DNA of 64,000 nucleotides from Candidatus Omnitrophota bacterium (GTDB lineage Bacteria; Omnitrophota; Gorgyraeia; Duberdicusellales; 4484-171): NCBI GenBank assembly GCA_016935525.1, contig JAFGQU010000012.1, positions 1,248 to 65,247 of the forward strand, read 5' to 3'. Shown piece by piece: positions 53,106 to 64,000 of this stretch (position 1 is its first letter; each line of letters starts with the position of its first letter). The notes under the pieces were generated by a model. It saw only the letters and a program-made list of their open reading frames with translations, ran no database searches and was not told where the DNA came from. The position numbers and the translations under genes were made by a program.

Positions 53106-53546
53106 ATGAAGATTTCAACAAGAACTCGCTATGGCGCACGGTTAATGGTGGTGTTAGGTCTGCATTACGGAAAAGCTCCGGTATATTTGAAAAATATCGC
53201 TAAGGAAGAAAACATTTCCGAAAAATATCTTACTCAGATCATTATCCCTTTAAAAAGCGCCGGATTGATAAATTCGTTTCGCGGAGCACACGGTGGATAT
53301 GTATTGGCTCGCCATCCCGACAGTATCTCTTTTAAGGAGATCGTCGAAACTTTAGAAGGCGGGCTGAATATCGTCGAGTGCGTTTCATCACCCGATGAGT
53401 GCAGGCGGATTTCCCGTTGTGTCACTCGTGACCTGTGGTGTAATCTGGGAGAAGTGATTTCCGAGACACTCCAGGATACCACGGTAGGTGATCTCGCGAA
53501 ACGATGTCGTGAGAAAAAAGAAAAAGCGGTTATGTATACGATCTGA
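53106..53546 (+). CDS. Rrf2 family transcriptional regulator (IscR/CymR-like; C-terminal Cys cluster)
   Basis: MKISTRTRYGARLMVVLGLHYG N-terminal HTH; C..C..C motif (ECVSSPDECRRISRC) for Fe-S ligation; start at ATG 53106. Confidence 0.8.
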   Translation: MKISTRTRYGARLMVVLGLHYGKAPVYLKNIAKEENISEKYLTQIIIPLKSAGLINSFRGAHGGYVLARHPDSISFKEIVETLEGGLNIVECVSSPDECRRISRCVTRDLWCNLGEVISETLQDTTVGDLAKRCREKKEKAVMYTI

Positions 53547-53560
53547 AATAAAAATATTAA

Positions 53561-54874
<1,314 letters not shown>

Positions 54875-54879
54875 TTTAT

Positions 54880-55010
54880 TAATGATAAATTCGAAACAAG
54901 GAATAGGTTTTTGAAATACAGTTGAAATACGATGGAAATGCATAGAAATACGATTGTATTTCTATGTATTTCGCGAAACGAAGTAGAGCGTATTTCTATT
55001 GTATTTCAAT
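54880..55010. repeat. GAAATAC/GTATTTC word-repeat module (family F, copy 2)
   Basis: gaaatacagttgaaatacgatggaaatgcatagaaatacgattgtatttctatgtatttcgcg...gtatttctattgtatttc. Confidence 0.65.
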
Positions 55011-55033
55011 TATTTTAAAAAAGGAATAGAATT

Positions 55034-55966
55034 ATGGGGAACATATACAGTGATATTACAAAAACCGTAGGGAATACTCCTTTAGTAAGGATAAACCGGC
55101 TCACCGAAGGGATGGAAGCGACAATACTTGCTAAATTGGAATTTTTTAACCCGCTTTCCAGCGTCAAAGACCGTATCGGCGTGGCGATGATCGAAGAAGC
55201 CGAACAGCGGGGATTGATCCATAAAGATTCGGTCATTATCGAACCGACCAGCGGTAATACCGGTATCGCCCTGGCATTTGTCTGCGCGGCGAAAGGGTAT
55301 CAGTTGATCCTTACTATGCCCGATACGATGAGTGAGGAACGCAGAAAACTTCTGGAAATCTTAGGGGCGCATGTGGTATTGACTGAGGGAGCTAAAGGGA
55401 TGGCCGGAGCGGTCAGGCGTGCTGAAGAAATCGCTTCGGGAACATCATACAGTTTTATCCCCCAACAGTTCGTGAATAAAGCGAACCCGCGTATTCACCG
55501 TGAGACGACTGCCGAGGAGATATGGAACGATACCGGCGGTAAGGTCGATGTATTTATTTCCGGTGTCGGGACCGGCGGTACGATTACGGGGGTAGGTGAG
55601 GTATTGAAAAAACGCAATCCCAACGTAAAGATAGTTGCGGTAGAACCGGCTGATTCCGCGGTGCTTTCTGGAGGGAAACCCGGCCCACATAAAATCCAGG
55701 GAATCGGCGCAGGATTTATTCCAAATGTGCTAAATCGTGATATAATTGATGAAATAATCACGGTAGGGCATGAAGATGCCGGAAAAATCGCCCGGCGGCT
55801 TGCGAAAGAAGAAGGGATTTTTGTGGGTATTTCCAGCGGCGCGATCATGTGGGCGGCACTGGAAATTGCCAAGCGTCCCGAATTGAAAGGAAAAACGATT
55901 GTCGCGGTCCAGTGTGATACCGGTGAACGGTACCTGTCGACGTGGTTGTTTGATGATGTAGATTAA
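55034..55966 (+). CDS. cysK: Cysteine synthase A (O-acetylserine sulfhydrylase)
   Basis: [16 protein letters not shown] (PLP lysine), [17 protein letters not shown] motifs. Confidence 0.9.
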   Translation: MGNIYSDITKTVGNTPLVRINRLTEGMEATILAKLEFFNPLSSVKDRIGVAMIEEAEQRGLIHKDSVIIEPTSGNTGIALAFVCAAKGYQLILTMPDTMSEERRKLLEILGAHVVLTEGAKGMAGAVRRAEEIASGTSYSFIPQQFVNKANPRIHRETTAEEIWNDTGGKVDVFISGVGTGGTITGVGEVLKKRNPNVKIVAVEPADSAVLSGGKPGPHKIQGIGAGFIPNVLNRDIIDEIITVGHEDAGKIARRLAKEEGIFVGISSGAIMWAALEIAKRPELKGKTIVAVQCDTGERYLSTWLFDDVD

Positions 55967-55967
55967 A

Positions 55968-56060
55968 CCCGTGCCCGCGTTTCCCGCCATAGGCGGGATT
56001 CCCGTCCGCCCGTTAAAAAATAACGGGTCAACAGGATAACGGGTAAACGGGAGAACAGAT
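55968..56060. repeat. AACGGG word-repeat module (cccgtgcccgcgtttcccgcc ... aacgggtcaacaggataacgggtaaacggg)
   Basis: Direct reading; family E; lies between cysK and metX. Confidence 0.65.
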
Positions 56061-56068
56061 ACATCCAT

Positions 56069-57196
56069 ATGAATGAGGATAGTGTAGGAATAGTAGAGAC
56101 AAAATATTTTACTTTTGCCGAAGGATCTCGGAAGTTGTTGTTGGAGTCGGGCGAGAAGTTCGGTCCGATCACGTTAGCATACGAGACGTACGGCCAGTTG
56201 AATGAAAAAAAAGATAATGCCGTATTGATCGTACATGCCCTTTCCGGCGACGCTCATGTCGCAGGGTATCATCAAGGTGATGAAAAACCGGGATGGTGGG
56301 ATGATATGATCGGGCCGCATAAAGCGTTTGACACTACAAAGTATTTTGTGATCTGTTCGAATGTGATCGGAGGATGTAAAGGAAGTACCGGCCCTTCGAC
56401 GGTAAATCCCGTAACCGGCAAGCCTTACGGACTCAGTTTTCCGATGATCACCATTGCCGATATGGTCAACGCCCAGAAAGAATTGATCGATCATCTCGGT
56501 ATTAAAAAGTTGCTCACTGTCGCCGGCGGGTCGATGGGCGGGATGCAGGTATTACAATGGGTCGCGTCTTACCCGGACATGATCCATTCGGCGATCCCTA
56601 TAGCGACTGTACTTAAACATTCGCCGCAACAGATCGCGTTCAGTGAAGTCGGACGCCAGGCGATCATGGCTGATCCGGACTGGGGCAACGGAGACTATTA
56701 CGATCACGCTCAGCCTGAACGGGGGTTGGCAGTTGCGCGGATGATCGGGCATATTACCTATATGAGTGACCAGTCGATGGAAAATAAATTTTCGCGTAAA
56801 CTGAAAGATAAAAACTACAGCTTCAGTTTTTCTACCGATTTCGAAGTTGAAGGCTATCTGCGGTATCGGGGCGATAGTTTTGTGAAACGGTTTGACGCGA
56901 ATTCTTATCTGTATATTACCAAAGCCATGGATTATTTTGATCTTTCCGAAGGGAAACTGTTCCCCGACGGCAAAACCGTCGATGCCCGGTTCCTTGTCGT
57001 CGCGTTTCGTTCGGACTGGCTTTATCCGGCATACCAGTGTAAAGAGATCGCCCGGCAGCTTAAGATGCGTCATTGTGACGTGACGTATTGCGTGGTGAAT
57101 TCGACCTACGGGCATGATGCTTTTTTACTTGAGATCGAAGAAGAGACGCATTTAGTGAAACATTTCTTAGCGACTACCTATAAACGGATACAATAG
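56069..57196 (+). CDS. metX: Homoserine O-acetyltransferase
   Basis: Alpha/beta-hydrolase fold with [17 protein letters not shown] nucleophile elbow; length 375 aa. Confidence 0.85.
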   Translation: MNEDSVGIVETKYFTFAEGSRKLLLESGEKFGPITLAYETYGQLNEKKDNAVLIVHALSGDAHVAGYHQGDEKPGWWDDMIGPHKAFDTTKYFVICSNVIGGCKGSTGPSTVNPVTGKPYGLSFPMITIADMVNAQKELIDHLGIKKLLTVAGGSMGGMQVLQWVASYPDMIHSAIPIATVLKHSPQQIAFSEVGRQAIMADPDWGNGDYYDHAQPERGLAVARMIGHITYMSDQSMENKFSRKLKDKNYSFSFSTDFEVEGYLRYRGDSFVKRFDANSYLYITKAMDYFDLSEGKLFPDGKTVDARFLVVAFRSDWLYPAYQCKEIARQLKMRHCDVTYCVVNSTYGHDAFLLEIEEETHLVKHFLATTYKRIQ

Positions 57197-57805
57197 ATGG
57201 CTGAAGATACACGTCTTGACCATAAGATTATTTGCGGGATGATCGAACCGGATTCGAAAGTGCTCGATCTGGGTTGCGGTGACGGTACGTTATTGCATCT
57301 TTTGGCGAACGAAAAAAGGGCCCGGGTACATGGAATAGAAGTAAACGAGAAGGCGATCTATAAATGCGTGGAAAAAGGAGTCAGTGTCTTTCACGAAGAT
57401 ATCGAAGGCGGGCTTAAGAATTATCCGTCAAAATCTTTTGACTATGTGATCTTGAACCAGAGTATGCAGGAGACAAAAAATGTCGAGTTTGTCATCAATG
57501 AAGCGTTACGGGTCGGTACTCATGTTATCGTCGGGTTTCCCAATTTCGCGTTTCTGCGGGCCCGGGCTAGGATCTTTTTTAAAGGAAAAGTGCCGATCAC
57601 TTCGTCTTTACCGTATCAATGGTATGATACTCCCAACCTGCATTTTTTGAGCCTGACCGATTTTATCGATTTTTGCCGTAGAAAAAAGTTGAAGATCCTC
57701 AAGAAAGTATATGTAGGCAAAGGGAGGAGCGTCCGTATCTTTCCTAATCTTTTTGCGCTGAACGGCATTTTTTTGATTACTCGCTGGGATAATGCGGGAA
57801 AATAA
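57197..57805 (+). CDS. metW: Methionine biosynthesis protein MetW
   Basis: VLDLGCGDGTLLHLL SAM-MTase-like motif; immediately follows metX. Confidence 0.8.
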   Translation: MAEDTRLDHKIICGMIEPDSKVLDLGCGDGTLLHLLANEKRARVHGIEVNEKAIYKCVEKGVSVFHEDIEGGLKNYPSKSFDYVILNQSMQETKNVEFVINEALRVGTHVIVGFPNFAFLRARARIFFKGKVPITSSLPYQWYDTPNLHFLSLTDFIDFCRRKKLKILKKVYVGKGRSVRIFPNLFALNGIFLITRWDNAGK

Positions 57806-57921
57806 AAAAGGGAAGCAGTAGAGCTTGCACCGCGAGAGAGGGGGCTTCCCTTTCAAAGTGCATGTCATGGGGATTGAAGCGTTTCGCATTTAGGTGGGGT
57901 TGTTAAGCAAAGGAGGAAATC

Positions 57922-58734
57922 ATGTCAAAAAGGATATTTAGTCCGGCAGGAGAAAAAGAGGTTTCACGAGCGATCATTCAGGAGTTCTCAAGCCATCTTA
58001 CTGATTGTGTCGAAAGTGACGCGGTCATCGTCGGCGGTGGTCCCAGCGGCCTGATCGCCGGGAGAGAACTGGCAAAAGAAGGGTTCAAAGTCGTGCTCAT
58101 CGAACGTAATAATTACCTCGGCGGCGGGTTTTGGATCGGTGGGTATCTGATGAATAAACTTACCGTGCGGACACCGGCCGATAAAATACTTGATGAATTA
58201 AACGTGCCGTTAAAAGAATTCGAAAAAGGGCTTTTTGTCGCTGATGCGCCACATGCCTGTTCTAAATTGATCGCTTCAGCCTGCGAGGCCGGAGTGAAGA
58301 TATTGAATATGACATTCTTAGAAGACGTGGTATTGCGTCAGGAGAATCGGGTTGCCGGAGCGGTGATCAACTGGACACCGATTCAAAATGTGCCTAAACA
58401 GATCAAATGTCTTGATCCGATCTCTATCGAATCAAAAGTGCTTATTGATGCGTCCGGTCATGATGCGGTCGCCTGTATCAAGCTTCAGGAAAGAGGATTA
58501 TTGAATACTAAAGGATGCGGAGCAATGTGGATCGATACTTCCGAAGATCTGGTCGTGGAATATACTCAAGAGGTTCATCCCGGGCTTATTGCCATCGGTA
58601 TGGCTGTTTCTACCATGTACGGCCTTCCGCGAATGGGCCCGACTTTCGGAGCGATGTTACTTTCCGGCCTGAAAGGGGCTGAGCTTACCAAGAATATTTT
58701 GAGTTGTGAGAAAGAGACAGTAAAGACCGCGTAG
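57922..58734 (+). CDS. thi4: Thi4-family thiazole synthase (sulfide-dependent ADP-thiazole synthase / putative ribose-1,5-bisphosphate isomerase family)
   Basis: DAVIVGGGPSGLIAGRELAKEGFKVVLIERNNYLGGGFW Rossmann/Thi4 signature. Confidence 0.8.
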   Translation: MSKRIFSPAGEKEVSRAIIQEFSSHLTDCVESDAVIVGGGPSGLIAGRELAKEGFKVVLIERNNYLGGGFWIGGYLMNKLTVRTPADKILDELNVPLKEFEKGLFVADAPHACSKLIASACEAGVKILNMTFLEDVVLRQENRVAGAVINWTPIQNVPKQIKCLDPISIESKVLIDASGHDAVACIKLQERGLLNTKGCGAMWIDTSEDLVVEYTQEVHPGLIAIGMAVSTMYGLPRMGPTFGAMLLSGLKGAELTKNILSCEKETVKTA

Positions 58735-58782
58735 GTCCTTTAGGAGTGTACGAAGACACAAAGAAGATAATGGCGGCACAAT

Positions 58783-59781
58783 ATGGCTATCGAACAACTA
58801 AAGGCGATTGCGTTACTTTCCGGAGGATTAGATAGCGCGCTTGCGATTAAAGCAGTTCAAATCCAGGGGGTTGATGTCCTTGCCGTCCATTATGTCATTC
58901 CCTTCCTGCGGTACGAACATGAAACCGTATGTGAGTCCAGCGCGTACAGTATTTGTGCTCAGCTCGACTGCCGTTTACGGATCGTAGATATTTCCGAAGA
59001 ATTCCTGGAAGTCCTCAAAAATCCTCCTCACGGATACGGCCGGAATCTGAACCCGTGTATTGACTGTAAGATCCTGATGCTTAAAAAAGCAAAAGAGATC
59101 ATGCATCAGGAAAGAGCGCAGTTTGTGATTACCGGAGAAGTATTAAACCAACGGCCGATGTCGCAGCATTTTCGTTCGCTACAGGAGATCGAGAAAAAGA
59201 GCGGTTTGGGAGGCGCGCTGGTGAGGCCTCTTTCGGCATTGTTGTTGTCGGTGACCATACCTCAGGAGAAAGGATGGTTGGACCAGAAACATCTTTTTGA
59301 TATTTCCGGGCGCGGCCGTACCCGTCAGATCTCACTCGCTAAGGAGTGGGGGTTGATTGAATATCCCTGGCCCGGCGGCGGGTGCCGCCTTACCGACGCT
59401 TCGTTTTCCCAGCGAGTTGCGGATCTTTTGACTCACGATGCCTTGTCGGTCGCCAACGTAAAGCTTTCCAAACGGGGCCGGTTTTTCCGTATGACTCCGG
59501 AATTGTTTTTTGTGGTAGGAAGGAACGAGAAAGAAAACGGGATGTTGGGTGAACAGATACATCCCGACGATACGGTTTTTTATCCTTACATTTTACCCGG
59601 GCCGACCGCGATCGCTCGCGGAAAGATGAACGATGAAGATATAATAAGTTGTGCCCGGATAGTTGCCCGGTATACTCAACCTCAAGGGGCAGTCGAGATA
59701 AAAATAACAAAAAACGGTACCGAACAAGTAATGTCGGTTTCCCAATTGCCGCAGGATGAATTAAAATCTTTTCTGCGTTAG
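58783..59781 (+). CDS. PP-loop ATP pyrophosphatase of uncertain specificity (ThiI/LarE/TtuA-like sulfurtransferase candidate)
   Basis: N-terminal LLSGGLDSALAI PP-loop; conserved Cys residues (NPCIDCK, GGGCR); located between thi4 and mnmA. Confidence 0.5.
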   Translation: MAIEQLKAIALLSGGLDSALAIKAVQIQGVDVLAVHYVIPFLRYEHETVCESSAYSICAQLDCRLRIVDISEEFLEVLKNPPHGYGRNLNPCIDCKILMLKKAKEIMHQERAQFVITGEVLNQRPMSQHFRSLQEIEKKSGLGGALVRPLSALLLSVTIPQEKGWLDQKHLFDISGRGRTRQISLAKEWGLIEYPWPGGGCRLTDASFSQRVADLLTHDALSVANVKLSKRGRFFRMTPELFFVVGRNEKENGMLGEQIHPDDTVFYPYILPGPTAIARGKMNDEDIISCARIVARYTQPQGAVEIKITKNGTEQVMSVSQLPQDELKSFLR

Positions 59782-59790
59782 AATATTCCG

Positions 59791-60900
59791 ATGAAAAAGA
59801 AAGTATTAGTCGCGATGAGTGGCGGGGTCGATTCTTCGGTCGCTGCGTATTTGCTCAAACAACAGGGGTATGAAGTGGTGGGCGTGACGATGTGTCTGGG
59901 TATTGCCGATACGGAAGATGCCAGTCACACAAAATGCTGTGGGGTCCGGGCTATTGACGATGCTAAGGAAGTGTGCCGTTTCCTTGATGTCCCTCATTAT
60001 GTTCTTGATTTTTCCGGCGAGATGAAAGAATATATTATTAATGATTTCGTGTCGGAATATCTGAACGGCCGCACTCCTAACCCCTGTGTGCGGTGTAACG
60101 AATACTTGAAGTTCGGTAAATTGTTCGATTATGCCAAAACTATGGGGTTTGATTATTTTGCAACCGGGCATTATGCCCGGATAGAAGAAACCGCCGGGGA
60201 GTTTTATTTGTTGCGGGGCCGTGACCGCAAAAAAGATCAAACGTATTTTTTGTACGGTATTGCCCGGGAAAAATTAAGTTCGTTATTGTTTCCTTTAGGA
60301 GAGTATACCAAAGACGGGGTCCGCAAGGTCGCCGAAAATGCACAACTTAAGGTTGCTCAAAAACCTCAGAGTCAGGATATTTGTTTCATTGCCCGGGGAG
60401 GGTATAAAGAGTTTATTGCCGGATACGTGAAGGAAGGATGCCGGGTACAGGGTCACGGGTGGCGGGGACCGGGAATGGAGCCGGGTGAGATCGTTACCCG
60501 GGAAGGTAAAGTGATCGGGACTCATCCGGGTATAATCCATTATACCTTGGGCCAGCGGGAAGGGTTAGGAGTTGCCGTAGGCCGGCCGCTGTATGTGTCG
60601 CGGCTTGATGCCCGGAAGAATCAGGTGGTAGTCGGCGATAAAGAAGACCTTTATACCAATACGGTAGAGATCGATGAGATACATCTGCTGGTCGATGAGG
60701 TACCGGAGAATGTGGCTGCCCAAATCCGTTATGCCCATATTCCGGCGTCCTGTCAGTGCATGCTCAAGGATAGTCGGGGGCACGTCCGGTTCAAAGAGCC
60801 TCAGGCGGCAGTCACTCCCGGCCAATCTTTGGTGTTCTATAGTGGCGATCGTGTGTGCGGCGGAGGGATTATTCGCGCAAGTTATCAAGAGAGAAGTTGA
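59791..60900 (+). CDS. mnmA: tRNA-specific 2-thiouridylase MnmA
   Basis: MSGGVDSSVAAYLL PP-loop, TPNPCVRCN, DQTYFL motifs. Confidence 0.9.
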   Translation: MKKKVLVAMSGGVDSSVAAYLLKQQGYEVVGVTMCLGIADTEDASHTKCCGVRAIDDAKEVCRFLDVPHYVLDFSGEMKEYIINDFVSEYLNGRTPNPCVRCNEYLKFGKLFDYAKTMGFDYFATGHYARIEETAGEFYLLRGRDRKKDQTYFLYGIAREKLSSLLFPLGEYTKDGVRKVAENAQLKVAQKPQSQDICFIARGGYKEFIAGYVKEGCRVQGHGWRGPGMEPGEIVTREGKVIGTHPGIIHYTLGQREGLGVAVGRPLYVSRLDARKNQVVVGDKEDLYTNTVEIDEIHLLVDEVPENVAAQIRYAHIPASCQCMLKDSRGHVRFKEPQAAVTPGQSLVFYSGDRVCGGGIIRASYQERS

Positions 60901-60909
60901 TTAAAGAGG

Positions 60910-61821
60910 TTGAATATGGATGCGATTGAGAAAATTCAAAAACTTAAACAAAAACTCAACGCGGTTATCCTGGCGCATAATTATCAGTTGCCCCAGATCC
61001 AGGATATTGCCGATTACCGCGGTGATTCGTTGGGGTTGAGTATCGAGGCGGCAAAGACGAAAGCTGATGTGATCGTTTTTTGCGGCGTGTATTTTATGGC
61101 GGAGACTGCGAAAATACTTTCGCCTCAAAAGACGGTCCTTATCCCCGACCGTCAGGCCGGTTGTCCCATGGCCGATATGATCACCGCTGATCAGTTGCGT
61201 ACGCTGAAAAAAGAACACCCCTCGGCAAAAGCCCTCTGCTATGTGAATTCTTCGGCTGAAGTAAAAGCCGAATGCGATGTCTGTTGTACTTCCGGTAACG
61301 CATTGGAGGTGGTTGCCGGCGCGTTTCGCGAAGATGAGGAGATCATTTTCGTACCCGACCAATATCTTGCCCGGTATACCGCATCGCAAATAGACCGGAA
61401 CTTTGTTTTCTGGAAAGGGTATTGCCCGACTCATGCCCGGATATTACCCCAACATCTCCGGGGAAAACGAGCCGAACATCCCGGGGCTCTGGTGTTGGTC
61501 CATCCGGAATGTACGCCGCACGTAACGGCACTGGCCGATGCGGTATTATCGACCGGAGGGATGAGTAAATATGTAAAACAGTCCGATTGTAAGGAGTTTA
61601 TCATCGGGACTGAAGAAGGGATGGTCTACCGGTTAAGCCAAGATAATCCGGACAAAAAGTTTTATGCGATAAGTGATATTGCGGTATGTCCGAATATGAA
61701 AAAAATTACGTTAGATAAAGTGCTGTATTCTCTGGAAAATATCTACGAAGAAATAACGTTGCCTGAAGACATCATTGCCCGGGCGCAAAAAAGTATTCAA
61801 AAAATGGTAAGTTATACGTAA
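60910..61821 (+). CDS. nadA: Quinolinate synthase
   Basis: ILAHNYQLPQIQDIADYRGDSL N-terminus, three conserved Cys, 303 aa. Confidence 0.85.
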   Translation: MNMDAIEKIQKLKQKLNAVILAHNYQLPQIQDIADYRGDSLGLSIEAAKTKADVIVFCGVYFMAETAKILSPQKTVLIPDRQAGCPMADMITADQLRTLKKEHPSAKALCYVNSSAEVKAECDVCCTSGNALEVVAGAFREDEEIIFVPDQYLARYTASQIDRNFVFWKGYCPTHARILPQHLRGKRAEHPGALVLVHPECTPHVTALADAVLSTGGMSKYVKQSDCKEFIIGTEEGMVYRLSQDNPDKKFYAISDIAVCPNMKKITLDKVLYSLENIYEEITLPEDIIARAQKSIQKMVSYT

Positions 61822-61849
61822 AATAGAGGTATATTGGAGGGGTAACAAT

Positions 61850-63043
61850 ATGGACAAAAAAATTATCTACATGGATCATAACGCGACAACCCCGCTTCAT
61901 CCCCGGGTAAAGGAGGAGATGAGCGCGATGATGGATGTTTTCGGTAATCCGTCAAGTATGCACTCATTCGGCCGCCAGGCAAAACGGCGGATTGAAGATG
62001 CCCGGGAGACTATTGCCGGTTTTATTGCCGCAAAGTCCGATGAGATCGTGTTTGTGGGGAGCGGTTCGGAGGCGAATAATACGGTATTGAAATTGTTTTC
62101 CTGTTGTTCGCATCGTTGTGCTGTCGGGCAGGATGCCCCACGTGAGGTGATTACGACTCGTATCGAACACCCTTGCGTAATGGAAGCTTCTCATTGTTTA
62201 AGGGACCAGGGGATTAAAGTGCATTATCTTGATGTAGACGCGCAAGGTAAGGTGAATAAAGATCAATTAAAAACATTATTATTATCGGATAAGATCCTGT
62301 TGGTATCGGTGATGCTGGCGAATAATGAGATCGGGACTATACAGGATATTAAAGAGATCGCTCGGATTGTCCATGAAAAAGGCATCTTTCTGCATACCGA
62401 CGCGGTACAGGCAGTCGGGAAGATCCCGGTAGATGTAAACGACCTGGGTGTCGATTTTCTTTCTTTTTCCGCGCATAAGATCTACGGACCTAAAGGAGTC
62501 GGCGCGCTCTATGTGAGGCAAGGCGTACCGTTCTGTCCGTTCATCCACGGCGGGCATCAGGAACGCGGACGGCGTGCCGGGACCGAAAATACCATCGGTA
62601 TTGTCGGTTTCGCCAAAGCGATCGAAATGCGCACCGAAGAGATGCATGATGAACACCAGCGGTTGTTAAGATTGAAACAACTGATGAAAGACGATATTCA
62701 AAAGAAAATCAATGATGTGTATTTTAACGGCCATCCGGTAGATTCGCTTGCCGGGACCTTGAATGTCTCTTTCGAAGGAGCTGAAGGAGAAGCGTTATTG
62801 TTGTACCTTGATCTGGAAGGGATCGCGGTTTCGACCGGTTCGGCATGCGCTTCCGGGTCTTTGGACCCGTCTCATGTGTTGCTCGCTACCGGTGTTTCTG
62901 CGGAGGCGGCGCATGGCTCTCTTAGGATCAGCCTGGGCCGGGAGACTACCGAAGAAGAAGTCTCTTGCCTGTTAGATAAATTACCGGCGATTGTAAAGAA
63001 AGTACGGGGAATGTCTACCGCCTATTCGATGAGGAGAAAATAG
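61850..63043 (+). CDS. nifS: Cysteine desulfurase (NifS/IscS class, PLP-dependent)
   Basis: IYMDHNATTP, SAHKIYGPKGVGALYV (PLP Lys), active-site SACASGS. Confidence 0.9.
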   Translation: MDKKIIYMDHNATTPLHPRVKEEMSAMMDVFGNPSSMHSFGRQAKRRIEDARETIAGFIAAKSDEIVFVGSGSEANNTVLKLFSCCSHRCAVGQDAPREVITTRIEHPCVMEASHCLRDQGIKVHYLDVDAQGKVNKDQLKTLLLSDKILLVSVMLANNEIGTIQDIKEIARIVHEKGIFLHTDAVQAVGKIPVDVNDLGVDFLSFSAHKIYGPKGVGALYVRQGVPFCPFIHGGHQERGRRAGTENTIGIVGFAKAIEMRTEEMHDEHQRLLRLKQLMKDDIQKKINDVYFNGHPVDSLAGTLNVSFEGAEGEALLLYLDLEGIAVSTGSACASGSLDPSHVLLATGVSAEAAHGSLRISLGRETTEEEVSCLLDKLPAIVKKVRGMSTAYSMRRK

Positions 63044-63664
63044 ATGGAAAATAAAAGCAATTGGGTTTACAGTGATGTGGTAAAAGAGCATTTTATGAAT
63101 CCACGTAATGTGCTTGAAGATGAATCGGCTTATGCCGATGACGGAAAAGGGGTCGTCGGAAACGTAAAATGCGGCGACCAGATGATGGTAGTCATCAAGG
63201 TCGATAAAGAAAAAGGGGTTATTACCGATTGTCGCTGGAAAACCTATGGATGTGCCAGCGCGATCGCGAGTACTTCAATCCTTTCGGAAGCGGTAAAAGG
63301 GATGACGTTGGACGAAGCTTTTCATATTTCTCCTAAAGATATCGCTGCGCGGCTGGGAGGGTTGCCGGAACATAAGATACATTGTTCGGTGTTAGGAGAT
63401 AAAGCGTTACGGGCGGCGATCAATGATTATTATGTGCGTCAAGGTGCTCCCGAGAAAGTAGTGAAAGAAAAAGCGCGGATCATCTGTCAATGTATGAACG
63501 TGACCGACCAGGAGATAGAGGATGCCGTATTGGAAGGGGTCAGGACCTATCTGTCTTTACAGGAACATACTAAATTAGGTACGGTATGTGGCCAGTGTAA
63601 GGGGGAAGCTATTCAGTTGATGCAAAAGTATATTCAGGAACATTTCGGGGACAAAAAATTATAA
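63044..63664 (+). CDS. nifU: NifU-type Fe-S cluster scaffold (IscU-like N-domain + BFD-like [2Fe-2S] C-domain)
   Basis: GNVKCGDQM...CRWKTYGCASAIASTS IscU motifs; C-terminal CQCMNVT...CGQCKG BFD-like Cys quartet. Confidence 0.8.
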   Translation: MENKSNWVYSDVVKEHFMNPRNVLEDESAYADDGKGVVGNVKCGDQMMVVIKVDKEKGVITDCRWKTYGCASAIASTSILSEAVKGMTLDEAFHISPKDIAARLGGLPEHKIHCSVLGDKALRAAINDYYVRQGAPEKVVKEKARIICQCMNVTDQEIEDAVLEGVRTYLSLQEHTKLGTVCGQCKGEAIQLMQKYIQEHFGDKKL

Positions 63665-63698
63665 TGATGTGAGTTTAGTCTAAGAACGGGGAGAAGGA

Positions 63699-64000
63699 AT
63701 GGATATTACACAAATATTTAAAGAAGTTATCGCCCAAGGAGCATCGGATCTGCATCTATCGGTCGGATTACCGCCGATTATCCGGATTCAGGGCAAACTG
63801 ACTCGTTTGGGGGAGGATCCTTTAACGCAGGATGCTATTCTTGGCGCGCTTAAAGTGATGTTTCCGCAACAGGAGTTTTCTTCTTTTTCGGCAAAAGATA
63901 TCGATCTCGGCGGAGAAATAGAGGGGTTAGCCCGGTTTCGTTGTCACCTGTATAACGATTATAACGGGTTATGTGTGGCGTTTCGTCTGATTCCTTATGA
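63699..64000 (+). CDS. pilT: PilT/PilU-family type IV pilus retraction ATPase (5' partial, runs off window)
   Basis: MDITQIFKEVIAQGASDLHLSVGLPPIIRIQGKL matches PilT N-terminus; RBS ggagaagg. Confidence 0.6.
   Translation, partial: MDITQIFKEVIAQGASDLHLSVGLPPIIRIQGKLTRLGEDPLTQDAILGALKVMFPQQEFSSFSAKDIDLGGEIEGLARFRCHLYNDYNGLCVAFRLIPY

Overview
This 64-kb window looks like a gene-dense stretch of a Gram-negative-type, probably anaerobic, uncultivated bacterium. The lineage could not be identified from the sequence. Almost everything is on the + strand.

Core genes, in order:
- an Rnf complex operon (rnfCDGEAB) followed by an RseC-like gene, then purN, enolase and an FtsB-like gene;
- initiator tRNA-fMet, a large outer-membrane protein, a ROK kinase, a coiled-coil protein and a LacI regulator;
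- class II ribonucleotide reductase (nrdJ), a thioesterase, and MarR-TolC-RND efflux genes with no membrane-fusion (adaptor) gene;
- a FAD oxidase, a NUDIX hydrolase, pyrE, an M48 peptidase and a CPBP protease;
- a compact cluster of a SagB-type nitroreductase, a PP-loop ATPase and a Cys-tailed lipoprotein;
- a Phd/RelE toxin-antitoxin pair, a ZIP transporter, an EF-hand lipoprotein, a TylF-type methyltransferase, an AEC transporter and smpB;
- tRNA-Lys, tRNA-Leu and two tRNA-Ser genes, plus archease + RtcB and serS;
- a 1327-aa acidic secreted protein on the - strand;
- a hybrid histidine kinase, htpX and msrA;
- an Rrf2 regulator followed by metY, cysK, metX and metW;
- Thi4, a PP-loop ATPase, mnmA, nadA, nifS, nifU and a partial pilT.

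The striking feature is that nearly every intergenic region is built from a small set of recurring word-like, hairpin-forming repeat modules (CTAGTC/CTGGTC, GTCACACG, GGGTGCAGGGTATCGGGTGCCG, AACGGG, GAAATAC, ACCAATTTCCAAG/TTGGTTATTGG, ACGTAACGCGG). There is also a roughly 240-bp MITE-like element with terminal inverted repeats. Two of its three copies bracket the methyltransferase gene, and their 118-bp internal segment is inverted between the two copies.

Other points worth a second look:
- a promoter-equipped, tRNA-Lys-derived RNA-like locus sits exactly where a tmRNA gene would be expected after smpB;
- the 3' end and terminator of tRNA-Ser are duplicated;
- a 7-nt tandem repeat lies inside the 5' end of purN;
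- the two secreted proteins in the SagB/PP-loop cluster share a Cys-rich C-terminal tail.

No CRISPR array, rRNA or recognisable transposase/integrase genes were seen.
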